A stretch of DNA of 62,611 bases, filler included, from Sphacelaria rigidula (lineage: Eukaryota), in NCBI GenBank assembly GCA_964200075.2. It is 4 parts of 4 records of this genome, joined end to end, with 100 filler letters (N's around TTAATTAATTAA, not from the genome) between each part and the next. Parts side by side here need not be neighbours in the genome. Positions count along the whole stretch, not along the records: positions 1 to 15,582 come from CAXNAA020001690.1; 3 more parts are not named here. The stretch is one strand, 5' to 3'. Every line of letters starts with the position of its first letter. The first letter of the stretch is position 1. Position numbers and translations under genes: made by a program. The notes below the pieces were generated by a model. The model saw only the letters and a program-made list of their open reading frames with translations. It did not search any database and had not been told where the DNA came from. This document shows, in pieces, positions 1 through 11,700 of this stretch.

Positions 1-359
1 CGCCTGCCTGCTCTTCGGCTTCATGCACGAGTACGCACTACGACACTCATGCAAAAAATAACCGTCTGTGTACAGAACCGTTTCACAAATCTGTGACACT
101 GTACCGCCTGTACCATAAAACGGTCCCCCAGATTTTGAGTTCACGAATTTGAGTCCCCCCGATTTTTTCAAAATCGGGATCCCAAAACATCGATATTCGT
201 TTGCCATAAAAGTGGGTCTGACACCTCGAACGGGAGCATAAAACATCCCGTTGACAGGAGCATAACCGAAGGCTTGACAGACAAGTCAACACAATCAAAC
301 CTGAACCTGAGGATCGCATTGCCCTCGCGAACCAGAACACACCGCTTCATTCATTGCTG

Positions 360-775
360 CTCATCAGCTGAACATGCTGTGCGCAACCTTGCTGAAATCG
401 GTTCAGAATTCAATTAGAAGTGATTATTTACGTGAGACGCACGCACAGCACACGCTCACAGCCAGCAACGGCACGTTTTCGGTTGCTACTCGACACGCAC
501 GCGGCTGCCTCTCATCCAATACTCGACGAATCCCCGCCGAACAAAGGCTGCCGTGTGTACATGAATGAAAGCTAGTGCTTGAGCTAATGCGCGTGAGTGG
601 TGGGTGTCTATCCGTGGGTATTCGTGACTCGGTGTGTCGGCAATGTATTACCTCGTTGCGTCTTGTCCGCAGCAGTACAGAGATGGTGGACTAACGGTCA
701 CTTCCAAAACCGCCGCATTTTTCTGCCTGTGTGCAGATCTGGGCTTCGATATAGACAAAACTGCTTGCCGATAAG
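360..775 (+). repeat. Dispersed repeat, homologous to 36130-36546
   Basis: Shared collinear blocks CTCATCAGCTGA, ACAGCACACGC, GGACTAACG.TCACTT, AACCGCCGCATTT and TCTGGGCTT.GAT. Confidence 0.75.
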
Positions 776-2840
776 CAGTGTTGAATATCGAACGGACAAA
801 AAAGTTTGATGCGATATTTTCAAAATATCCAGGCATGTACACGTTACACGTGCCACAGCGTTACACGTTACGTTCACGTTGATTTTTTTATACGTGATGA
901 ACGTAACGTTAATTTTTCACATGGAACGTTAACGTAAAATCATTTTTTTAACGTGACATACGTTAAATTGCCGACACGTTCAAAACACGTAATATGAAGC
1001 GTTTCATGTAACGTGTAACGTCTATTACCCGTTACAGGTGCATTAGACGTTACACGTTACATGAAACGTCATAAACACGTTATATGAAGCAGTGACACTT
1101 CAAGTTTGCGATTAATTCTAAAATCCTAGAAGGTTGTGCTTCAGCGTTACGTACATAGTGACGTCACGCGTTACACGACACGTTGCAACGCCTTGAACAC
1201 TGGTAGAGAGTTTCGGAAGAAAAAAACAGAACACAGGGATAAGTGAGAAACAACTGGATTGTTTCTTTACGCTTAGACCCCAGGTTCGATTCCTTTTTCT
1301 TTTTCCAAGTAAGTGTGGACCGTGACCAACTTTTCAGGGTTTAGTATTTTCTGTTCCGAATGCCACATGGTCGGTGTCATGAGTTAAAGAGGTGAAAGCC
1401 ACGCCGTGCTGTTCTTTCTGCGCTTGTAATCTGCGCCCGCCCATGCGGTGCTACCCGTACAGCGCGAAAGAGCATGCACAGAGCCGTGCTATGATAAGTT
1501 GGGTGCTTGATTCAAGGGGAAAGGGACTCATGGGTGTTTCTGACAATTTGACACACTCGCCGTGCGCTTGTATTTGGGTAAAACGGCGTCAAGCAGCAGG
1601 AATGAGCGTTATTTACCGGTAACACGCGCGTTCGGACGATCGTTGCTTCTTACAACGATGATTCGGAGTTGAATTTCGTGGAAGTAATGGCTTAAAATAC
1701 CCCTCGTCCTATCGTAGCATGTCTATGTTTGTGCTGTCCCCGTACCGTCGAATACGCGACAGCAATATCGTCACCACAGCCTCCGGGGACGAACCCGGCA
1801 CATTACACAGCGTTGGGCATACAGGCAGTGCACCTCGGCGTCCGCTAGTCATTTATAAGTCCTGCACCTGTCGGTGTGTGGTACACAGCACTCGTACGAG
1901 TTGTGACAGTTGAGAGTTGTACTGTTGCACTGTTGTCTGTAGACAGTTCTATATACTGTGTCTGTAGTAAGTGTTCTGTACTATATTGTCTGTAGTATAT
2001 GTGTGCACATGCCTGTGGGTGTGCGTGTGCATATTTTGAGGAATTACAGTCATTCTCGATAAAGGTTCACTACGTAGTAATCCTAACTGCGTGGAGGCGA
2101 ACGGGGGAACAGAGACACCCGTCGACCTGGCTACGAGATGGCGCGGAAGGGCGGAAGTGGGCCACTCATGCAGCCGCTACGAGGACTTTGACAAAATGGC
2201 CACCAAACGGTGGTGTACCTGCGCGAGCTGATGCAAGCTACACGCTGGGTGACCATTTTGTCAAGTCCTCGTAGCGCCTTCAGATCTTCCTCGTAGTCTT
2301 GGGTCACCCTCGTGAACGGGCTTCCATCACCAGCGCTGTCACGGGCGTTCACAGCATTCGCCATCGCCCCACTTACGATATTTGTTCCACGGCTGTGTTC
2401 TGTAACCTTGGTCGTTATGGGGCAGGGTGTCTAGTTCCGTTTCCTAACCCTGAGTTGGGCACCAATGCTTTGGGGTGTTTAGCAACTCAGGGGTTATTTG
2501 AAAATGTGAAAATGATTGAGACGTCATATCCTGGCCTTGAATCTCAACTTCTCAACTCTAATCCCGAGTTTTTCCGGCCGACTTTTTGTTTCCAAAACTC
2601 TCGAATGAAACGTTTCATCCGAACGTTACACGTGTCAACGTGAGGTTATTTCGGACGTTACACGTTACATGAAACGTTTCATATTATGCTACATGTAACG
2701 AAACGTAACGTTATTTTTTTTTTCACGTCATGAACGTAACGTTAACGTTAACATGTAACGTGTCTATCCCTGAAAATATCGACGTGAGGACGTCGATATC
2801 GATATTTTTTTCGATATTCGATACTGATACTCGATACGAT
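776..2840 (+). mobile_element. GATATC/GATAC-rich TIR-element end (CAGTGTTGAATATCG...) interrupted by the hAT insertion
   Basis: Begins like the copies at 46636 and 4187(-). GATATC-rich sequence resumes at 2781, after the TSD. Confidence 0.55.
830..2772. mobile_element. Non-autonomous hAT-type DNA transposon with ACGT/AACGTTAC subterminal repeats
   Basis: Imperfect TIRs CAGGCATGTACACGTTACA and TGTAACGTGTCTATCCCTG. Perfect 8-bp TSD AAAATATC at 822-829 and 2773-2780. Dense ACGT words at 830-1200 and 2600-2772. Confidence 0.88.
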
Positions 2841-3854
2841 GCGGCTGTCTTGGTAAGGACGCAGCTTGCAACACCTCACGATACTACACTGATACACTAG
2901 CAACCTAACCCGGAGTGGGTGCACGCCTGATTGTATGAAGGTACAGCAGCACACGTCTGTGATTTGTTGTCTGACATCATAGAAGCGGCGGCACAACACG
3001 CGGCGTGATGCTTCGGTTTAACAAAAATGGTTCTTCATCGTGCAAGAGGCAAGAAGCAAAAGAGGTGATTGATCACAACGCCAGGTGTGATACGTAATAC
3101 GTGGGGTTATGTTCAAGCCGGTGATGTACCAAAGTATATTTCGCGGCCACTATTCCGTCATGATTTTGATCGAATTTGAGCATTTACCTCGACTCCGTGC
3201 ACTGCGCACTGCGAACGCCCTCCTCGTTATTCAATAACAAACGCGCCAAACCTCGAAACTGCGCGATATGTGCAAATGCGCGCTCGCTTTTTCTGATCTC
3301 CACACCGAACAAGGAAAAAAGTCGGCAGCATACGTCCAATTTTTTCATTTTTGGATGCACAACAAAGTATAAACTCTAGACACCTAAACTAAACCAAAGG
3401 AATATGATTCAAAAGCTTGTAGAAAACAAATTGATTGATGAGAAAAGGAATGACCGTCTACCCTCACACGCGAAACACTCCCGCTGACTTGAAACACTCA
3501 CAAAGCATTTGCGGTACTCTTTCGCCCCCGCTTTGATGTCTGCACACGAGATACCGCTAAACAACCAACTGCGACGTGCAAACGCTGTGGAAACGCCGGA
3601 CAGTAGGCTTGCAGGGAGGGATGGGTTGTGTGGAAGTCTGAAGGATCCGCTACCCTGCGAGTAATCCTGCTTTCCCCCTTTCTCCACTCTCAGCTCAGGA
3701 CACTGGGGCGGCCGCTGGTGCAGCAGCAGCCGCCGTAGTAGACACAGGTAGATGCAGACGGTTCGGCAGAAACATCGACCGCAGACTCTGCGCTACCGCC
3801 TTTCACAAAGTCGAAAGTCTAAAGGCAGCTCATGTTGCAGACCGGTGTGGTTCG

Positions 3855-4187
3855 CAGCAAGGGGCTGTGCAGTGCGCGGATGATGCGTGTGTGGTTTGTG
3901 TGTGGAGTGTGGTGAGCAGCGAGGTGGTGGGCGGTGGGCAGCGGCATGCGAAAAAGGGGGGACGATATCCTGTCTATCAACCCCCCCCCCCCTCCCCCCA
4001 CCCCACCCCGGTAAAATAATATAATATATATACATATATGTGTGTCGACGGTATCAGTATCCGATATCGATATTGATATTGATACGTATCGACAAATATC
4101 GGCTTCGAAATCGGCGATACCGATACGCCGTGTCGACCGATATTCATCGAAATCGTATCTAGTATCGATATCCGATTTTCGACACTG
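3855..4187 (-). mobile_element. GATATC-rich TIR-element fragment, homologous to 46636-46865
   Basis: The reverse complement starts CAGTGTCGAAAATCGGATA, then a G-run, then ATATCGTCCCCCCTTTTT.CGCATGC and CCACACAC...GCGCACTGC, collinear with 46636-46865. Confidence 0.7.
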
Positions 4188-6494
4188 TCGAAAAGACTCA
4201 GCACTGGTCGTTTATGAGGCTATCCCTTCTCCCAAAGTAATTTTTGAAGAGTGATAAATCACTCCCGATAAGACCCCACCTGACTGGCGGAATGATCCAC
4301 TAGATTACCCTGCAAGTCCCCCGGCGTTTTACCCCGGTTTGAACGCCTCTGTATATCTGTGGATGATGAATGTCGCGAGCTTTGGACTGGACGCTGCACA
4401 CTTAACCTCCATTACTCCAGGACAACCTACAGCACGCTATGAGTATGTTCGATTGTGAAAATGATCGAAATGTACCGCATACGTCGGAAGCCAAGTCTAA
4501 TCGACGTTTGATGCAAAATGAGGTAGCGTGAGACGAGGAAAGGCGGGGTTCGTCAGTTCTGAGGTGGACATCACCTCCCCCGCGCTGACCAGCTCCATTA
4601 TATTACTACAGTAGAGACCTCTACTCTCGCAATCCATCACCTCTTGCGTCCCCCAACGCAACAAACATGACCCCAAGATTATCAGTGTTCTACTCGTATT
4701 GCAAAAGGTTTGGTGGGTTCACTTCAACCTCATTAACTCAACACCTTGGTAGAAGTTCGATGGCGTATCGAAAAAGTGAGCTCGAGAATTGAGTGGGTTC
4801 CAAGAATCGAGGTGGGTTTACCCCAGCTCGTAGCCCCAAATCCTTGGTTGACACATCCATGAAATAACGCTAACCCTAATCCTTGCCGTAATCCCAACCA
4901 CGGCATACCGAGAAGCCTCGGGCAGGGTGGTGCAGAGGGTGCCCTAGGCAAAGGGTGTGTTGGCAGACCTTAGATCGGCGCCTGGTGCCGATTCGGAAAA
5001 AAGTGCTTTCTGCGCACCCTAGGTGCACTCGAGACTACCAATCCCACTAGAGATCTGAATATCGGTTGTGATTGATGATTGATTTACTGTCGCACTTTAA
5101 GTGACCTCCCAGGGGTACAGCCGTGGTCACATGATATCGGTGTTGAGACTAATATCAAGTATGTTTCAACCGTGGGTTTTGAGCTACAAAGACCGAGACC
5201 TCGAAGCGTACTTGACTTTGCTTTAGTTTACTTCACGTATTCAACATTGACTCTACAGTGCTGTGCTGGCTTTCAAACACAAAGAACAGATCGGTAAAAA
5301 AAAATGGCAACTCCAAGCGAATACATGAAATTACCTCATACCTAACCAGTGCAAAACATAGCAAAACTGTACACCGCGAGTGTAGAATGAGACAGAGAGA
5401 GCTGACTAATTTTGAGGGTATTTTGAAGGGGAAAAGCCTACATTTTCCCGCTCCGCAGGGCCCTCCGGGGGGGGCCCTACGCGGCCGCCACCCTCCGGGA
5501 GGCCGCCGCATGTCGCCTTTGGCTCTAGTTTGCGCAAGCGCAGACCGAGCCTCCGGACTTTTTGAGACCCTGATATCTACCCGTATTTTGATGATTGTAT
5601 GCTTGATCGAGTGCGCTGACTCCGCCTTGTCTTGCTTCTTCGGGGATAATATATATATATATGTACAGTGACTTTATCGTGTGACCGTCAATAATAGACG
5701 AACAAAAAAGGATCGTGCATTTTGCTCTCTGCACAATTCATACCACCTACTTTCCCCATCCTGTATTGTGGAGAGCTGTGCGCTGTCGTGCAACACGGAG
5801 AAGAGATAGAAGCAGTGGATACTGTACTGTCTATCAGCACTCTTGTATTTACCGTGCTGATGGAAAAAATTCCGTCCGTACTGACTGTACAGCAGCAGCG
5901 CGTTACGGTAGGGTGCTGTGGAGATGATGTGACATGCAGTGTATAGCACCATCAACACATGCAGGGGGTGCGCCAGCAACGCCTTGAAAGTACGAAGACT
6001 GCTTGCTAGAACAAGGCGGAGAGTATGTTGCTCGAGTACATTGTAGCAGTAGGCATTGGCCAGCATGCACCGCTTGATCGTGCACAACAGTAGTACCGCC
6101 CGCTTAGCATACCGACACGCATACTCCACAACAAATTCCTCGGCGTAAATGGATTGACGCTATACTGGGCTCGAAACTCGACAGGGAGTCTCCCGCACTA
6201 GCTTTATCTGCAAATTGAAGATGCACTTGTTGCCGTAAATGGGCGTGCTGCATCACTCGATGAACACTAGTTCGGAGGCCCAACCAAACGTGGAAAATTG
6301 TGGGATATCTGGGGGAAGGTCGGGGCCCAAGAATCCAGGCAGGGACGCGTCCGAGTGATGTCAGTGTGCGTCAGGCGAGCTCCCCACAGCTACCCTGCGC
6401 TACAGCACACGGTTCGCACGGATTTTCGATTGTCTGTGTTTTACGGACATACTCGAGTGCGTCAACTAAACATTACATTGTGAAGATATTGTAT

Positions 6495-6735
6495 GTATAC
6501 AGTGGAGAGCGACTACATTGGAGGTACACATAATTCGACTTCACGTTTGACGAGAGAAAGGGACCGCTGAATCCCTCTGGTGATGAAAAGTAAGGCAAGC
6601 ACCGCAGAAGGGGGAGGGGAGTCCCAGAAACAAATGAAAAAAAACTCGTATTTGACCCCGGCTGATGCCCCATATACATCGAAAGGTGTAGACACCAATG
6701 GAAGTCCAGATTAGATGGGATGACAACAAACACGC
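6495..6735 (+). mobile_element. 5'-truncated, diverged copy of the same SINE
   Basis: GGTACACA..TTCGACTTCACG, GGGACCGCTGAA, GACCCCGGCTGATGC and CGAAAGGTGTAGAC, ending GATGGGATGACAACAAACAC. Confidence 0.8.
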
Positions 6736-8538
6736 ATTAACAGCGTTTGTCCCTTTGCCTGTTGAAAGTCAAAATCGCCTCAAATGGTGCAACACGGAAG
6801 CTCTGGATTCCGCGTTGTTTTCGACGAGCACTGCCAAAAAGCTGGATCGACCGAGTAAAGCGGGGATTCGCCAATATCGCCGCGCAGCGCTCGTTGTTGG
6901 CACATGGAGTCTTGACACCTGGTTTGCAGAGAATTCGCCAACAGATTCTTCGCTACCCTCATTTTTTTTTGTCGTGATATGACTAACTCAACGTTTCCCA
7001 TGGATAGCAACTCGAACGTGAGGATACGAAAAAAGTAATATGTGACGATGGCGATAGACGCGTCGGCGAGTTCCGCATATCGCGTGTCAAAAATTCAGAT
7101 CCCAACTCGAAATCGTGACCTCTGCCGTGTAATATTTGCAGATATTCGCGCCAAGGTTGCTCTCTCCTTACAAAAAAACTTACATAGAACATGATATTCG
7201 GATACAAGTCTTTAACACTGATGAATCACGGAATGACAACTTGACCGATTTCTCCTCGCCCCGGGAGTCACACGGGCTGGAGTTGGGGAGGGGGGAATCG
7301 GAAGATATTATTAGTATTTATCTGGGAACTTTTCAAAAGAGGAAACACAAAGAAGTGCAAACACGGAGTCGTAAGTTTTATGGCATCAACTGGGCGGGTT
7401 TCTGAACTGAATTGCTCCGTATGACCACCTTTACTAGCCGATGACAAGGGTATACTCAGCTTGCCCTATTTCAGTGCCGTTCGAAATATATGGCCATCTA
7501 ACACCACGCGTTTTGTTTTGGCCGGCGCAGCTTATATAAAGAAGTTGGCTCGTCGTAGCATCCTACCTAATATGACCCATCTATCGTTGCTTCAACCGAA
7601 GAATGAATGTATGATGGTTCTAGAACCAAACGTTCATATGGTGAAACTGCCCGACACCGCGGCACACGCGACAGAATTCGTTGCTCATAGCATGGTAAGC
7701 TACATTTCGCGCGATGAACAAGTAAAGTGATGGCATCACACCCAACAGACGACAGAGTAGACCATCGCCGACAGTGTGACACTGACGTGGTTTACAGTGG
7801 GCGGTTTTTAGCGCGCTGGGTTTTGCTGCTAACCCCTCGTCGTGTCCAAGGAGACACAGAGTCATCAGTTGTCCATGCAATACGATGAGTGATGAGACGT
7901 ATGTGTGTGTGACTGTTGTGACTGTGTTTGTAATGCATAGCAACACTACCAAAATATCGGAGAAAGAGAGCGAAACGACCGGCAAGCGAGCCGTGCATGT
8001 CCAAGCACACGAAACGAACCAAGTTGGAACCTGGGCAATTCCTTGCGGTGCGGAAATCGGTATCGTTTGCAGCACGCACGACTTGAAGCAAACTTGTGAC
8101 AAAAGCACGGCACAAAGGCCGCAGCACACGGAGTGACAAACAGGTGACGCCCCTGTCATCGGCCTCATCACTGAAGAGTTCAAACGTCTAGGAAGCTGCT
8201 AGTATTCTGGTTTCTTGATAATTTGAATGTCAGAGTCGATCAGTCGAAGTCATTTTGGAAGGGTTCATTGCGAGCTGGGAAACCCGGAATCCGCAGGCCC
8301 GGTGTACTATGTGCGGCACTGCACCGTACTCATGCCAAATTAGTCTTCTGTTGTGTCGCACTATTTGGGATATAATAGTCGTGTTGACGTGATTTTACTC
8401 CGCAACTTTTGTGGTACGGCCCCTACCCTCATCGCCTACATCGTGTTTTCTCCAGCCAATACCACAGCTTCCAACATTCAAACGCTGCACTCTCGTGATT
8501 GCTGACTACGCAGCGCATGGTGAAACGATATGTTGCAG

Positions 8539-8648
8539 GTGTCCGTGGAGGGAGGAAGCTTCATGATGGGGACAGAGTATCAGGGCGGGAGTATAGCTGT
8601 GGGATCCCCGCCTGATGGTGGATTACCTCGTAAACGAGTCCCCATCAT
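8539..8648 (+). CDS. SUMF2-like exon A (VSVEGGSFMMGTEYQ...RVPI)
   Basis: Acceptor tgttgcag, donor gtgagt, and the GGxFxMG motif. Ends in phase 2, which fits the next exon. Confidence 0.88.
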
Positions 8649-8738
8649 GTGAGTCGCTGAACAAGTAGACGAATATTTGCATGGTTTCACCGGCTCCGGC
8701 ACAGCCTCCCCTGCCCATTCCGGCGCGGAGGAGTGTGT

Positions 8739-8779
<41 letters not shown>

Positions 8780-11700
8780 CGTGCGTGTGCGTGTGTGTGT
8801 GTGTGTTTGTTGTTATCCCATCTATTCTCGGCGCCAGTCTACACCTTTCGGTATATGTGGGCGCATCGGCCGGGGTCACACAGGAGGAAGGCCAGCACAG
8901 GTTTTCTCTTCTTTCTTTTGTTTCGGTACTCCAGTTTCCTTCTGCTGTGCTTACCTTCTGGTTTTATCGCGAGGGGGGTTCAGCAGTGCATGCTCTTATA
9001 CCTGAAGCATATGCTCATGCTGTTCCAATCCAACGTGTCTGTCCGTCTTTCGTTGGTAAGTGTTGCCTCAAGTGTCAAAGACCGTTCCGCAGTGCTTGAT
9101 TCTCTCTGTCGCCCTTTCTCTGCGCTCAGGGACTTCGCTATTGACGTACATCCGGTGACGAATGACCAATTTGCTGCTTTCGTGGAGGATACTACCTACA
9201 CCACGGAGGCCGAGAACTTCCAGTGGAGTTTCGTTCTAGAGTGAGTAACATAGGTGTCGCTTCCCGCCTCGGCTAGTCAAGATCTGCACGCTTGGTCTCG
9301 TATTTTCGATACGCATTCGATCCTTCATGACCGATTTATGTTGCATGGGCTCATCGCAGTAGCAGGGACGCGTGCATGCATGGGGATGTTTAAAGTCTAG
9401 TGTAGATGAGGACATTACTTGCTGTACTACCGTGGAAGACGAGGTACCACGAGGGCGGTTAGGGTGCTGTGTGTTGCTGAGTCTCGTGTAGCGCATGTAG
9501 TGTGTGTAGTGTGGGGCATACACATTGCTTGAGACAGTGGAATGTGATTCCGTATCTCGTGCGGGCCAGGCCGGCTAGCACGCTGTCTGGTAGCAGGGGA
9601 CGAGTCTTCGTACAAGTAGTTCGGGGGACCAAGGGCCTGGGACGTCAAGAACGTGGAGAGGGTGCTCTTGACGGCATTTTTTTGTTGGTGGAGAAGGCCG
9701 CAACAAGGTGTATGCGACGAGCGGCACAAGAAACAAAACTATGTCGTGTCGTGTCACAAAAGCCTATTGAAGGACACGGTGAACATTTGTTTTCACCAAA
9801 TCGTCATTGGTAGGTGACGCGTGTATTTTCCATTGATATGATTCGTTGGATTACGGACCACTTCTGACGCATGTAGCGTTCAGCTTGCACTTTCCATGAA
9901 TATAGTACCCAAAATCGGCCTCTGTTCCTACCCATAACAGTGGGTAGCTCTCCTAAATACAATCGTGAAAAACGCCCTGCGGTCTTTTTTGCAGCGTACT
10001 CTTTTCATCGTGCCCTTCCATCGGTTTCTATGGACACACGATTTCGTTTTCTGGGGTCGCTCGTCGCCTACCCTGTGATGTACATACATGCGAGGCCATG
10101 AAGAGACGGATAGGCGACGGAAATTGTTTCCCACCAGTGGCATGAGCCAGAAACGAGCGGTTTCAGTCCGGCTTTGAGCTCTGAGAGTTTTACCATATTT
10201 TTTTGTCTTCATACCGTAACGCTGACCCTGACCCAAACCCCAACTCGAGATGGACGAGAACTCTCGGGCAAGGGGAGTGCTTTTAGTGCCCCACGCAAAG
10301 TGGGCTTTGCCCTGGCTCGAATCGGACCCTCAGTGTTCGATTTTAGCCAAAACGCGTGCTACGCACGCTGCGCACACTCCGAGGAAGCGCTTGGGATTGT
10401 GAGCCCTCTGAAGATCCGAATGTGATGTTCTACCCCAAAAGCGAGTATATTTTCAGTCCTCGTATTTCGGAGCCGAAATGAAACGGGCTCTACTGGTATA
10501 TCCTGTGCTCTATGGAACCGCTCGAGCAACGTACCAGAGCTCCATAAACAGAGCCGCTTGCCGCTGGGATCACTGGCAACCTGTTCTTCACCCCCAGCCA
10601 ATCGTTATCCACATATTCCTCTGTCTCATGAGTCTGTGCAGTTGGGTATTTGGTTGAAAAAACGCCAACGAATTCAACCGAAAAATCGAAAATCAAATCG
10701 GACGTCGTTAAGGGCTCGTACAAACATAACTGCATAGACTTGTGAGACAGAGGAAGTAGTAAAAAAGAGAAGATGCCTTAGCTCCGGAGTAGGCTTTGGC
10801 AAGACGACTATGACAACAGCCTTCGGTAGCAGAGGCCAGAGACCCAACTTCTTCGGCAGATACCTTGCCTTACCGTTGGCGCACGAACACGAGGTATGGA
10901 TACGTAAGTTCGTTTATGTGCGGCATTGATCATATCCTCCCAAATGTTGTCCTCTCGTACATTTTTTGCGAAACCAGGTACCTGATGGATGAGGCGACGA
11001 TACGCGAATCCGACGCAGGAATCGGGCGAGTGCAGGCGTCACCGCATTGGATGGGGGTGGAGGGCGCGAACTGGAGACAACCAGAGGGACCTCGCTCCTC
11101 GCTCGAGGGCCGAGGAGACATGCCTGTGGTGCAAGTTTCGTGGGTTGACGCCACCGCCTATTGTCGATGGGCGGGACGAAGGTGGGTGTCTGAAAGCATT
11201 CGACACATACCATGATCTGCCGCGTGGGGATTTTGAGAAATGTGCCTTTGGGTGTCCCTGTTTTTCAAGGTGTTGACGATAATGTACCGTATGCGATAGT
11301 GCAACATCCGCACGGTAGATATCACCCTCATTATTTCAGCACCCCTGAATGATAGATCTTGGCTAGAATTGCCACCATGTTGGTAGCAACTGTGCTGCAT
11401 CAGGGTAGATGGAATACCTACCTCCTCATCCCTTGATATGTTAATACCCTCGGGTGATGAATTTTTGGGCTCAAGCACGTCATCACTTGCGGGTATTGTA
11501 CTGTTGGAATCAGGTTGACGACGGAGGTGTTCTTCAACCGTTTGACTGCGACCCCATTCTAGGTCAACCGGTGTCGTGTGTGGTTAATTCGGGCCCGGCA
11601 CAATTATTTTGTAAGTGACACGGCCTCTTTTTACATGGGCAGGTGGATGGGTGCGCGTTTGTGTAGAAGGCAGTGCACGAGAACCCCCCGACAGGTTCTG

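Noticed and set aside
3500-3790. Minus-strand exon ending ...KEYRKCF|GTGAGT
   Set aside because: A plausible donor, but no in-frame ATG or clear acceptor and no recognisable protein.
7461-7694. Upstream exon of the SUMF2-like gene ending ATG|GTAAGC
   Set aside because: The phase is compatible, but there is no signal peptide and no clear acceptor or start. It cannot be supported without RNA data.
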